Source of the DNA: the human T2T-CHM13v2.0 reference genome, Homo sapiens
Assembly (NCBI RefSeq): GCF_009914755.1
Contig: NC_060931.1
Length of the DNA: 64,000 nucleotides
Reading direction: 5' to 3' (one strand)
Part shown: positions 1-15,558 of the stretch, one piece after another
How the letters are laid out: every line of letters starts with the position of its first letter
Numbering within the stretch: the stretch's first letter is position 1
Notes under the pieces: model-generated
Seen by the model: the letters and a program-made list of their open reading frames with translations, nothing else
The model's database searches: none
Told to the model about the DNA's origin: nothing
Program-made: the position numbers and the translations under genes

Positions 1-699
1 CAGCCACTCTCCCACCCACTGCAGGTTGGGGAAGAAGCCTATTTTTCTGATAAGTACACATGTCCCTGCAACTTTACCCTGTACTACGAGGTGGCTGCAC
101 GGGGCAATATTGTGCTATCAGGCCAGCAGCCTGCCCACATCACCCAGCAGCGAAGCAAGCGGGCGGCCCCTGCCCTGGAGAAACCGATTCGTTTAACACA
201 CCTTTCTGAGACAGAGCCCCCACCAGCCCCAGAAGCTGAGGTCGACGTGTGTGTGACCTCTCTTCGTCTGGCCGTGACCCCAAGCATGGTCCCCCTTGGT
301 CGCCTGCTGGTCTTCTATGTCAGGGAGAATGGAGAAGGGGTCGCCGACAGCCTTCAGTTTGCAGTCGAGACCTTCTTCGAAAACCAGGTTTCAGTGACGT
401 ATTCAGCAAATGAGACCCAACCTGGGGAGGTTGTCGACCTGCGGATCAGGGCTGCAAGGGGCAGCTGTGTGTGCGTCGCCGCAGTTGATAAGAGTGTCTA
501 CCTGCTCAGGTCTGGGTTCCGGCTGACTCCTGCCCAGGTTTTCCAGGAACTGGAAGATTATGATGTTTCTGATTCCTTTGGAGTGTCCAGGGAGGATGGT
601 CCTTTTTGGTGGGCTGGGCTGACGGCACAACGACGCCGGCGCTCCTCCGTCTTCCTGTGGCCTTGGGGCATCACCAAAGACTCTGGGTTTGCCTTCACC
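1..699 (+). pseudogene. CPAMD8: CPAMD8 retrocopy, spliced coding portion (macroglobulin domains up to and just past the RRRR furin site); continues upstream of the window
   Basis: Frame +1 is open from base 1: [15 protein letters not shown]...[11 protein letters not shown]...[20 protein letters not shown]...[12 protein letters not shown]...[10 protein letters not shown]...GFAFT. This has A2M-family motifs and matches CPAMD8 as I recall it. There are no introns across 699 nt, and phase-0 CAG|GT junction-like sites occur at 24/25, 387/388 and 537/538. Confidence 0.9.
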
Positions 700-805
700 G
701 TAAGGAGAGGTGGTCTCAGATCCCGCTGCCCCCTTCTAAGGTCCTCTTGCCTAGAAATAAGAGTCTTGGAGATTCAGAAATGGGTTGGAAACAGAATTGG
801 AAGCT

Positions 806-1110
806 TTTCTTTCTTTTTTTCGAAATGGGGTCTTGCTCTGTGGCCCAGGCTGGAGTGCAGTGGTGTGATCGTAGCTCACTGCGGCCTCGAACACCTGTGC
901 TCAAGTGATCCTCCCACCTCAGTCTCCCAAGTAGCTGGAACTGCAGGTGCATGCCACCACACCTGGCTAATTTTATTTTACTTTATTTCTTTGTAGAGAT
1001 GGGGTCTTACTACATGGCCCTGGCTGGTGTCAAACTCCTGGCCTCAAGCAATCCTCCTCCTTCAGCTTCCCAAAGGGTTGGGATTACAGGCATGAGCCAT
1101 TGCACCCAGC
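806..1110 (-). mobile_element. AluJ-like SINE
   Basis: Antisense dimeric Alu with J-type features (GTAGCTCACTGCGGCCTCG, CCTGGCCTCAAGCAATCCTCC). Confidence 0.9.
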
Positions 1111-1419
1111 CTTCCAAACTTTTCTTTTTCATTTCTCCCCAGTGAAAGCTCACAAGTAGATTCTTCCAATTTGCAAAGCCGTGGAGAGCAGAATGTTATG
1201 CATGTCAATGGTCAGGTTCAAATGGGTAACTTGAACTTGTGATGGGATGTGTTATGACATTGACATGCTTTGCTGCGAGGAAAACCTTCTCATTGGGAGC
1301 TGTGGGTGCCAGTAGCTCTTAGCTCCGCCTCGGCTTTGGTTACCTTGGTTGTGTGTCTGGCAGCTTTCAAGCAGAAGGAGGTGGCTGTGTTCCCAGGTGG
1401 CAGGGGGTCTGAACTGCAT

Positions 1420-1985
<566 letters not shown>

Positions 1986-2161
1986 CTAATGCTATCAGGT
2001 GCCCATCTCTGGACGTTGTCATGATGTGATATAGATAGAAAGGGATTGGGATGGGAGCATGCTTCGCCCTTCAGGGTCACACCTTAGGGTGCTGGTGGTC
2101 TCCACTCAAATGTGTGTCCCATTGGAGGGTGCCTTTCATTTCAGCTTTAAAAAATATTTCT

Positions 2162-2441
2162 GGCCAGGTGTGGTGTCTCACGCCTGTAGTCCCAGCACTT
2201 TGGGAGGCCAAGACAGGTGGATCACCTGAGGTCAGGAGTTCGAGACCAGCCTGGCCAACGTGGTGAAATCCCGTCTCTACTAAAAATACAAAAATTAGCC
2301 GGGTGTGGTGGTGGGCGCCTGTGATCCCAGCTACTCGGGAGGCTAAGGCAGGAGAAGCTCTGGAACTGGGAGGCGGAGGTTACAGTGATCACGCCACTGC
2401 ACTCCAGCCTGGGTGGTAGAGCGAGACTCTGTCTCAAAAAA
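2162..2441 (+). mobile_element. AluSx-like SINE
   Basis: GGATCACCTGAGGTCAGGAGTTCGAGACCAGCCTGGCC; dimeric, with a small right-arm deletion. Confidence 0.9.
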
Positions 2442-4731
2442 TTGAAATTAAGTAAATAAATAAATAAATATAAAAAAAAGAAAATATTCATGGTTGATAA
2501 AATCAAGGTATTTAACATATCTCAGATGTAAACACATAAATAACTACGATGTTTATATATGAAGTGTCTGCAGTGTTTATGAAGGAGAATGGCACAACTG
2601 AACCAGTTTGGAGAGATTATATAAAGAAAAATGCATTAAGGTAAGAATTTAAAGACAGAATTGATAATGAATAAGCATTCTAGGCAGATTAAATTATTTA
2701 TGCAGAATAAGGGAGTGGGATATTACCAAGTGTATTCAAAGGACAAGATGGTAAAGAACAAATTGGATCAACAGAGTCTAGTTGGGTATAACTGGACAAG
2801 TAAGATTTTGAATACTAGATTATAAAATTTTATAAACCAACATTTTTCAAAGTTGCCCCATGGAACATCATTACTTCTTGGAAATACAGAAGGTATTTTT
2901 GAACGAAGTCTCCCTCAGCAAAATCTAAAGAGATAACTGTATATTTTGTCCTTTTAAAGGTTCTGAGAATCCATAGAGTAAAATTTCTATTCCCCTTCAG
3001 CCTTGCTTAACCCAGCATTGTCCCAGTTATTTGGGCATTGACTTCTTTTTTTGCTTTCTCTGTTCTGACCAAATGCCCTGCACAAATATAGCTATAAGCA
3101 GTGAGAAGCCATTAGTTTTTAGAGCAGTTGAGTAACTTGATAAAAACCAAGACTTCAGAGCAACCATTTTATGCTTATGTGATGTGGAAAGAATGAGAAG
3201 AAAGCTGGAGATGGAGAGACGAGGGTCAGAAACCAGAAAGGAAATTAGCCAGCTTGTCAGTGTATTAGACATAGTGTTATGGCAGTGAGAAGAGATAGGA
3301 ACATTAATAAAACAGAATGTGAAGTCTCCAGTAGTAGATTAAATATAGAAGTACAAGCAAAAGGCAAAGTTAAAAATAATTTAGTGAAACAAAACATCAA
3401 AAATTATCACTCACATATTAATGTATGTTTAGAAAAGTTCTCCGGAATTGGAGTTCTATATTCATTCTGGACCTTTACTTCAATGTTTTAACAACTTGCC
3501 AGCCAGAGAATTGTGTCTGAATATTAATCTTAATCACTCCAGCTGTATTTCACCCCTTTTCTGGTAGTATTTCAGAATTTTTCAAGTAGTATAGATTGGG
3601 GTCCTGCAGAGTTCTTGTTAATCTAATTTCTCCTGACTTGCAAAATAGAAGATGATTTAAACATCTTTGAAAATGATTGAAACACAGGCCTTAATTAATT
3701 TTAGGGAGGTGGCTTGCATATATTTTGCACACATGGCTTGCAAATGATTCTAGACTTACTAAATTAGGATCAAAGAAAATAGAAGTCCTATGTATAAGAT
3801 TTATTTTAAAATATTTTCATCAGGCTTGGAAACCTTTTATTAGGTGTCAATAAATTACTTTGACCCAGAGATGTGTAACCATATTTTATATTCATACCAA
3901 AATATGATATGGTGTATGTGGGCTGAGGAGTCATTTGACTGCACAGGATTGCAATTCTACCTGTCCCATATTAGACATGTGGCCTGAGGCAAGTTATTGT
4001 AAGGATCTGTATCACATTTTTTAATCACTGTTTTGGAGGAGTAATTATATTCTCCTCAGTGACTGTGAAATGTGTGTGTGCATGTGGAATGGCTAGCATA
4101 GAGCCCGGCATATAATCAGTCGTCCGTGTACTTGAATCCCCTGTCTCCTCACTTCTTAATCTTCAAACAGTTGTGTTAACTGAATTTTTAAATTGCCTCT
4201 AAAATCTTTGCCATTAATTTTTACTTAAATCAGTTTGCCACCTTTCATCTCTGTCCATTTTATCGTAGTGATCCTTTTCTCTGTAGCACTTTTCTTCCCC
4301 TACACATAAAGACCAGGGTTTATGGATTTATCATTTTCATTCTCTTTATCAATGTCACCTTTGCCAAGGTAAAGAAGGATGAATATTTCCAAAATAACTG
4401 ATTCTGTTTGTAAGAAACCTTAGGCCCAGACCTTTCTGAAAAAGGCTATTTGAAGTGGAATGTGTGTTTTTAGATGTAAATTCACTCCCATAGTCCTGCA
4501 GACAAGATAAACATGTTCATTTTTTAAATAGACACTTTTCATAGGAACATCAGTCTAAGTGCACAGCTGGGATACAAGATAACAATAGCTCTTCCTAACC
4601 AGCTTTCATTACTAGAACTTACAGTCCCAGGTAAAAATCATTTCTTTTAACACAAAAAAGAACAGCAGTAGATGGCTGGAATTTCTGACATATTCCATGG
4701 GCTACCATTATATTTGATATCGTTTTCTTAG

Positions 4732-5166
<435 letters not shown>

Positions 5167-5309
5167 CCCTCTATTTATTAATTCAACAAAAAATATTGAG
5201 CACGTAGTATGCAATGGTTGGGTTGCCAATGTAGTGATATACAACAGATTGAGACAGAACCACGGTCCCTGCTTCCACAGATATCCTGTTGTTATGTTGG
5301 GACTAACAT

Positions 5310-5430
5310 AACTCTAGAATGGAAGCTTCATGAGGAGAGACTTTTTTTTTCTGTTCTCTCATTTTATCCTAGGTCCCAGAACAGGGCCAAGCATTAAGGA
5401 GCTTCAATAAATATTTCTTGAGTGAAATAA
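5310..5430 (+). mobile_element. L2 LINE 3' end fragment
   Basis: CTAGAATGGAAGCTTCATGAGG...TCAATAAATATTTCTTGAGTGAA resembles the L2 3' terminus. Confidence 0.55.
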
Positions 5431-7729
5431 AGGTAACAAATAATGTGGGTAGTAGTAAATATAATGAAGAAAAATAAGGCAGAATAAAGAAATGGAATGT
5501 AGGTTTATACAAGTTATTGTTTGGGGCTCTTTTCTACTTTTCATAAATGTCATCCAACTAAGTGTGATCCATACTGATTCCGTACCTGACTAGTACATCA
5601 ATTTCCAAAGCCCCATAGACCATCTCTTTGAAATAACTCTCTGTCTTGATTTCTTCCTCCAGAAACTAGTCTTCATCTGTGTTTAGGCCCATTATCTTCT
5701 TCCATAGTTAGGGCTACAGATTTGTATTAAGGTTTTGTTTCTCTATGAAGTATTTGCTGCATTTAATATTGGCATATAACAATTTAACTCCAAACACAGA
5801 GATCAAATATCAGACTATTTTATTTCTTACTAGCTCCCAAATAAAACTGTTTTGCAAAAGCCATGACAAAGTTTTCACCGTCCATAGTGAGATGAACCAC
5901 ATCAGAGGAATATAGTCAATTATTGGAAAACTAAACATATTGCTTGTAAGATAGTCTTTTGGAATTAAGACATTTTCTTCATTTTTAGTTTCATAATGAC
6001 TATTATTATGAAATGATATTCATCTCAAAAAGTAATATTGTTTTTCTGGTTGTATAATGTATTTGGCAACTGCAGAACTTAGTAATCCTACATCAAGATC
6101 TAAATTTGAGGAAGATGGGAATGTTAACTGTGTATGAAGTCAACATCCTAAAATTTCTCTCACTGGCAATTTAGTGATAAATAAAATGAATGATTACACA
6201 CGCACATATGTACTTGTTTGCGAAGTCCTTGGGGTAGAGATTAATTCTATATTTAATATATGCATTTCTAGTGCTCAATACTTGGAAACAGTATATGCGC
6301 AATACATATTAATTTACTGAATAAACAATTCTAGGCTACCCTTCACAATAAACATAAAGAAGGAATATGAAATAAAATACCATGTATGAGTTTAAAAACT
6401 TCTGGATTCTATGAGGGTTCTCACCACACCAGATGGGATAGCAAATAAAAATTTAAAACAGTTCAGATCATAGATCTTTTTGGTGAACAAATAATGAATA
6501 AGAGAGAAGACAGGATTTTGCTGCATAGTTAATCTTTATCCACCCCCCATCCCAAACTTGAATAGTTACAAGAATAACTATATAGCTTTGCTAAATCCCA
6601 ATCTAAACTTAATATATACTTTATTACATGGAAATCAGAAATATAACTTAGAACCTTCTATAGGTTCACATTTCAACGCTGAAAATTACTCAGTTGCACT
6701 AGATCTGCGTTTGGTTTGATTGCTCACTAATTGTCGAGTGTATGTTGTGTTTGCTTTTTGCCTTTATATGCTCTAAGCATTCCTCTTAATATCCTTGGTT
6801 CTTACGGTCATGTAATGTCAAAATCATTGTTTCCATGCTTAGATCCCTAATGCTAAATTTGAAGAGATACGGAGATGTGTGTGAATGCTTCCTGATGGAA
6901 TTTTAGGTGAGAGAGAGAGACGGAATAAATAAAGGACTTAGAATATCAACCCCTCTCTCAAGGCAGTACATTTTTGAATTAACTGAATTTGAGGCTACTC
7001 CTATCTAGCAGTTAGTGACACTGTTCATCAGCCACTTTAACACAATAAAGTTGAAAAATAGGATCAAAGAACCTGAAGACAGAAATAAGCTGAACAGGCA
7101 TGTAGGCACTAGTGTGTGTAAAATTAAGACAAGAAAAAAATCATTCTAACTTAAAAGCATCCCAAATGGCTCAGAATGCAACTGAGATAATGATATGTTA
7201 TTTCCCACAAATATCTAATGGCTCCAACATGAGGAGCTAACTATAATGAACAGTCTTATTAAAATATAAAAATCACTGAGGGAGCATGCACGAGAAATCC
7301 AATCTCGGCAGCACCACTTTATGGGCAGTTCTTAGTTTGAAGATCAGTGAAGGTGCCAGTGCTTCTTAATTTATCTTAAGCCTGATAATCTGCACTTTGC
7401 TTCAACTTTTCTCCTAACAAAGCAGAACACAAATATTGAAATAAAAGTAGCATAATATTATTTTAAGGTGTTTGTACTGAAATTTAATTAAAACATCAAG
7501 TCTCATATGACACTAAAGACTAGTTAAAAATAACAATTCTAGGCATATATAAATTAGATTTAAGTAGCAGATAATAGTCAAGACTATACCTTTTGGCTTG
7601 AAGCAGTGTTTTTTTTTTTTGTTTAAAGGTAATTGAGGGAAAACATATAATATTTACAATTTCCATAATTCATATTGACATCTTTGAGCATACTTAACAA
7701 TACTAATAATGAAAATGAAAGTGTTCTGG

Positions 7730-7934
7730 CTGGGATTGACAGATTTAGCAACACAATCAAATAAAAAAAGACAGGTATTCAGTAAAATTTAAATTCTGGA
7801 TAAACAATGATTATTTCTTCATATAAGTTTGACACACGCAATTTTGGAGAATGCATATACTAAAAATTATCTATCTATTGTTTATCTGAAATTCAGGTTT
7901 AACTGGGAATCCTGTATTTTATCTGGTACACCTA
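7730..7934. mobile_element. MER53 hAT-family palindromic MITE
   Basis: Self-complementary arms: CAGTAAAATTTAAATTCTGGATAAACAAT ... ATTGTTTATCTGAAATTCAGGTTTAACTG. Confidence 0.75.
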
Positions 7935-8189
7935 GGTTCAGGCCAATGGTAATCAAGATAAATTGTATGCATGGTGCTTTAGTGAGTAAATTAAATAGGT
8001 CTAATTGTATATTATTTTATCTTTAGATAAAACAATCATTTGAAATACATGATAATTGAGAGAGAGAATGATACAGCTGAGCTATATTTGTGTTTCACTT
8101 ATTCTTCCAGGAAACACTAATGGAGATCATTGTGCAACCCTCTTGAAGTTAGGTAAAGCTATATGACTGAATTCTACACAAGAGACTGT

Positions 8190-9960
8190 GAGCAAAAGTG
8201 ATGTTCCCCTCTTCTAGTCCCCTCTCTCCCTTTCCTTTTCCTTGTCTGACAGTTTGAGGTAAGGCCTCCAGTGGAAGACCCTGAGCCTTTATGATAACAG
8301 TATCAAAATATGGAAGGGGGCTGGGTACCTGAGTGACTACATGGAACAGAGAACCAACTCCCCATTTCTTCCTGCCACCACTAACACACAGTAGATGGTG
8401 AAGTGCATGACAAAGGAACAAACTCTCAACATTCTGAGGTTGTTTGTTTCAATGGTTAGTGTGACTTAATTTGTCTAATAAAGATATTAACAGTTTGAGT
8501 AGGCTGCTTTTGCAACTGAAACTTCCAACATGTAATTACTGGTTTATCAGACTGGAGGTAGGTGGTGAAGGAACAGATATAACAGGATGGACGCCTATAT
8601 ATCTGTGTTATTCAGTGTCAAATATTTAATTAAACAGTAGAAGAGAGAAAGTGTATCTACTGGGATCTACCTTTAAGAAATGAGGTTGGTTAAAAACTGT
8701 TATTCTCTTTTGGATATGGTTATTTACTATGCTGAGCAATGTGTTACCTAAAAAGATAAATTTAGGAAAGAATAGGCAGCATTAAATGAAAAGGAATAGG
8801 AAAAAAAAAAAAAACCCAGAAACTTGGGTTTATTCAGGTTGTGAAGTACTTACCTGGACTCCAAACAATTTTTTAAGAGAGATTTAAAAGCCTTTTGTAA
8901 AAAAACAAAAAATAAAAAAATAAAAAATAAAAGCCTTTTGTAAGATTTCCTACTTAAAGTAACTCCGACCTGGAACATGTTTAGACTGAGGGTATGGATA
9001 TGACATCCAATTAGTTTTAGATAGTCACCAGGTGTGCCATTAAGTTGAAAAAGAGAAACTTAGAGGTGAGAAAGCAAAGAAATAAATTTATCTAAGAGAA
9101 TATTCTGGACTGCATAGATTAAGAGCCTACCAATACTTTAGGGAATTTTATTGCCTTTTATTATTCCATCTGTAACACAATCTTTGGACTCAAGCTTGCT
9201 TCCATAGGAACTAGTCTGAAAAAGTTATACAGGATTAAAATCCTTACAAAAGACAGAGACAATAAGTTAAAAACAGAAGAAAAATGTCTTCCAGGGCAGA
9301 GCCGCCAAGATCAAAGAGAATAACGAACAATATGTTATATTGCCTAGAGATCTTAGGCTTTCTGTTGAATCCCTTGGAGAGAGGCTTTGGGTGTTCCATA
9401 GATAGAATAAATGGAACAAAAGATATTTGTTGATCAAAGGGACAGAATCCACATTTCTCGTCTTTTAAAAGTTAGACTAATTTCCCAGTCTTTTTGAAGC
9501 AAGGTCATGTGACTGAATTCTAACCAATAGAAAGCAGACAGAAGGGTTTATGACTATCTTAGTCTGCTCAGGCTGCTATGATATATTATAGATTGAGCGA
9601 CTTAAACAAATTTATTTCTCATCATTCTGAAGGTGAAGAAGGTCAAGAACAAGGTGTCAGCCAACTTGACATTTCGGAAATGGCTGCATATCAGAGTTCT
9701 CCACTGTTCTCCACACTTACTCTCTCCCTTATCTCCGAGCTGGTAGCAGAGGAGCCAGCAGAAGACAGCAAGCCCTTGGTATAGATAGAGAAGCCATGGA
9801 TGAAAAGAAGCAGGCCTTAAAGACAGAGCAAAGTAACATAGCATTCCTCTCTACTATCATCCTGTACTGGATAGGCCCCCACAAATAATCCTGTATTTTG
9901 GTAAACCGGTGAGTTATTAGCATTAGCAGTTTACCTATGCTGATAAACACACTGATTAAA
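8190..9960. mobile_element. Old MaLR (MLT1-type) LTR and internal remnants, composite
   Basis: Degenerate MLT1-like motifs at ~8270-8480, ~9480-9540 and ~9555-9670; boundaries uncertain. Confidence 0.4.
8886..8943 (+). mobile_element. Solo poly(A) retrotransposition scar with 15-bp TSD
   Basis: AAAAGCCTTTTGTAA (8886-8900), then 28 nt of A-rich tail only, then AAAAGCCTTTTGTAA (8929-8943); preceded by TT, giving a TT/AAAA L1 endonuclease site. Confidence 0.8.
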
Positions 9961-10748
9961 AAAAAACACAATCTTGAAACACTATACAGTGACATTTATA
10001 CATGGCTTTAAAATAAATTTTAATACATTGAAAGATATCTTAGGTTTGGTGATTTAGGATACATCAGCCAATCAAGTTTCTCATTTACCAGAGAAAATGT
10101 GTTAAGCTTTATGCTTGATTTTGGACTACACCTTTTATTAATGCTTTCTCTGACATTCCAATCAGATAATGTTATTCTCTTTTTATGGGTAATAATTTTG
10201 AAATGCAAGATTCTGAAAACCAGAATCTTCAGTCTTCTCTTTTGAAACATGGTGAATTAATCATGTTGATTATTTTTAAATTCTTCTAACAGTATTCTAA
10301 TTTGTCAAACTTCGCATCAGATTCACTATATTATTAAAGAGAGGTTTATGTAACAAGACAAAAATCACAGCAAAATGATATAGTTCAACATGCTATTACT
10401 GACTGATTTTAACCATAAAAGGAAAGGAGATTGGAGGAGACTCTGAATGGAATTTTGCATAGCCAATATGAAAGAGCCTTTAGGCACTGTTTTTAGCCTA
10501 AAAATTGACAAAATGAAATGAATTATCAAGAACTCAAAGTTAAAGTGAACTTTGAATCCATCTTATTTATTTCATTAAAGCCCTTAGAAGCAACTTTATT
10601 CGTTAGTCACTCGGCTTATATTTTAATGCTACAAAAAATGTGGTTGTTATGCCATCCAAATACAGTCTTTTACTAGATGTTTAGCAGTTTTATTATTTTT
10701 TCCTGATGTCAGGCGAGGTACCTTTTAACTTAGTTGTTCCCATCCTTT

Positions 10749-13131
<2,383 letters not shown>

Positions 13132-13147
13132 GTTGTTCCCATCCTTT

Positions 13148-13310
13148 ACTCCGTATTTAATCCACCTGGGGATGTTTAAAAAAATTGATGAGTCACTTCC
13201 ACTCCCAGATATTCTGATTTAATTGGTATTGAGTATAACGATGGTACTGATAATTTAAAAAATTTCTCAGGTGATTCTAGTACTTGGCATAGTTAGGAAA
13301 TCACTGTTAC
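13148..13310. mobile_element. MER5A-like hAT-Charlie element
   Basis: CACCTGGGGA...CCCAGATATTCTGATTTAATTGG...CAGGTGATTCTA...AATCACTG. Confidence 0.55.
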
Positions 13311-15049
13311 AACTATATTTCCAGATTTAACTTCAAGGAAATAATGTTATGAATTCTTTGTTAATGTTTTTTATAAAGATGCTTGAGGAAGACATGCTAG
13401 AGCAAAAACTACAACTCTGGTCCTCTTGGATATTTTAGATAAGGTAAGATTTTTGAATTGCACTGATACCTACAGTTAATTTGAATAAAACATTTATATC
13501 TCATTTAGTCAGATGATTCAGTGAGAAAGGTGGGGTCAAGTTCAGTCACCAAGTGTTAAATCATTCCAATCTGGTGTTGGTCATCTTCTATGTGTTTTTA
13601 TCTGGATAAACTTTCCTTTAAAAGGGACCCTCTAAAGAATTATTCTAAAGCGTTCTTTTTTCATTATGATGGATACCAATACTGAATCATACCTGAATCA
13701 CAGACTTGGCTATAACTTTCTAATTGAAAGGACTAAAAGTAGCTAAAATGCCAATTTAAAATATTTAGAGTAGAAAAGTTGTGTAAAATAAAACTTGTTT
13801 ATTATGATGGCCAAGATAATTCTGTTCCCTCATGAGAAATAATGTATATTTCACTTTCTTTTTGATTTTCAGTTTTTACAATAGCAAAGAAAAAAATTCT
13901 GACATAAATCTAAACATTTAGCTTCACTGTAATTTAACAAATAACTTCGGCAACAAAATTAAATTTAAACATGGCTATGAGTTTTCGAAGTATCAATTTC
14001 TTCTGTCAAACTGTGAGTTCTTAGGTGAAGCATCCAATGAAATGTTGCTAGCCATTTTTTTTTTGCTGTAGTTTTTCTTTTCAAACAACTTTGCATTTAT
14101 TTCTCCATCTGACCTTCCTTCACAAGAGGTAGTTACAGTATATCCATCATATTTTCTTGCTGTGCTTGAGTACAGATCATATTATTTCATTTCAGAAATA
14201 ATTTCCTGATGCTGTATTTAAGTAGCACATTTTATATCAATGGACAAATCAGTGTAAAAGAATGGGAATAGCCCTGATTTAAGGGAAAAAGGTCTGATTT
14301 GTGACTTTCAAATTGATTTTTGATTATCAAATTGATTACCTGTGTGACTATCCACCTTGGAAAGGTTCACAGTGCGTTTTCCAAGCTGATTCTTATTTTG
14401 AATATTTCTTCGTGGTAATATCAAAAAATATTAAAGACATTAAGCCACTCAGTTAAAGACCCCTACTTACACATAAAGATATGAGAAACAAGATCATTCA
14501 TATTTCATCATAAAGATTGCATCCTAAGTGAACTATTGGACTGAACAATTACAGAGACATTAAACATATTAGAAGAAGAAAACCACCCTTAATTTGTGCC
14601 AACAATATTCTGGCCCAGATTCTCCACTGAAGTATTTATTTTATAATTTGATTATTTTCTGCACTTTACCTTTATTGATAGGAAAACCATTATAGAGGTT
14701 AAGATCCATTTGCTATTTTGTATTATTTCAGAAAATGCTAATATTATTTTTCTTTATAACATGTACCAATCTAGGGAAAAATAAGAAACAGAGGAAAAAA
14801 AACCTCTCTGGGTGTATGTATGTTTTCTGGTTAATTTTTGTTTAATTATTCATTCTGAAATAATAGTTAATTTATTAGGCCAGCTTTCTTCTCCCAGAAA
14901 TCCTGTATGCTTATGTGATTGTCAAAAAAATTAAACTTATATATAAAGCTTGTAAGTTAGCCAGAAATTTGCTGGTTCACATCCAGGCAAGAAATTTGCT
15001 CTCTTCTGTTGTTAGAAACTCAAATATTAAGTTACAAAAAGGTTGTGAA

Positions 15050-15558
15050 ATATTCAGAGTTGACCAAAAAAGTCTTGCCATTCCCTTCAGCTTAACTAAA
15101 TTTTAAACAGATTTGTTCCTGACTATAGGTCCTTTATCTCACTTTTCCTAGAGCATTTAATTTAGAAAAATTGCAACTATATATTGTTTCCCTGCACCTT
15201 TGAGATATAAATCTTCTTGCCATTTTTACAACATAGAAATGTCTTTCTCAAAGAACTCAGAGCATCTCTTTGAAATGAAATTATCAAGAAATACAGGATC
15301 CTTATCCCCCAGTCTCTATGGGAGGGTAGGAGCTTAACATCAATAAATGCCAACTAGCAAGCACAGAATGCCTAATCGTACTAATCAGCCTTCCTCCAGT
15401 GTCCTTCAGTATATTTCCACTAGCTCACCCCAGTGCTTAAAAGTCTCTTGCCCTTTGTTTCAAAGGAGTTGAATTTAATCTCCCTCCCCTGTTGCAATAG
15501 TGTTGAATAAAGTCTTTCTTGACTGTTTTTGTTGGTTCTGTGCAATTTTTCTCTGGCA
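15050..15558 (+). mobile_element. MER67-like ERV1 solo LTR
   Basis: CTTCAGCTTAACTAAA...GGGAGGGTAGGAGCTTAAC...TTGCAATAGTGTTGAATAAAGTCTT; homologous to 38859-39364. The 5' boundary is uncertain. Confidence 0.6.

Noticed and set aside
1-699. Native CPAMD8 gene locus
   Set aside because: 699 nt of contiguous coding sequence crosses several probable exon junctions, and no downstream CPAMD8 exons (e.g. the FPETW region) are seen in the following 63 kb.
91-996. 301-aa ORF as a standalone gene starting at 91
   Set aside because: The start is an internal GTG (Val); the frame is open from base 1 and the C-terminus is intron/Alu read-through.
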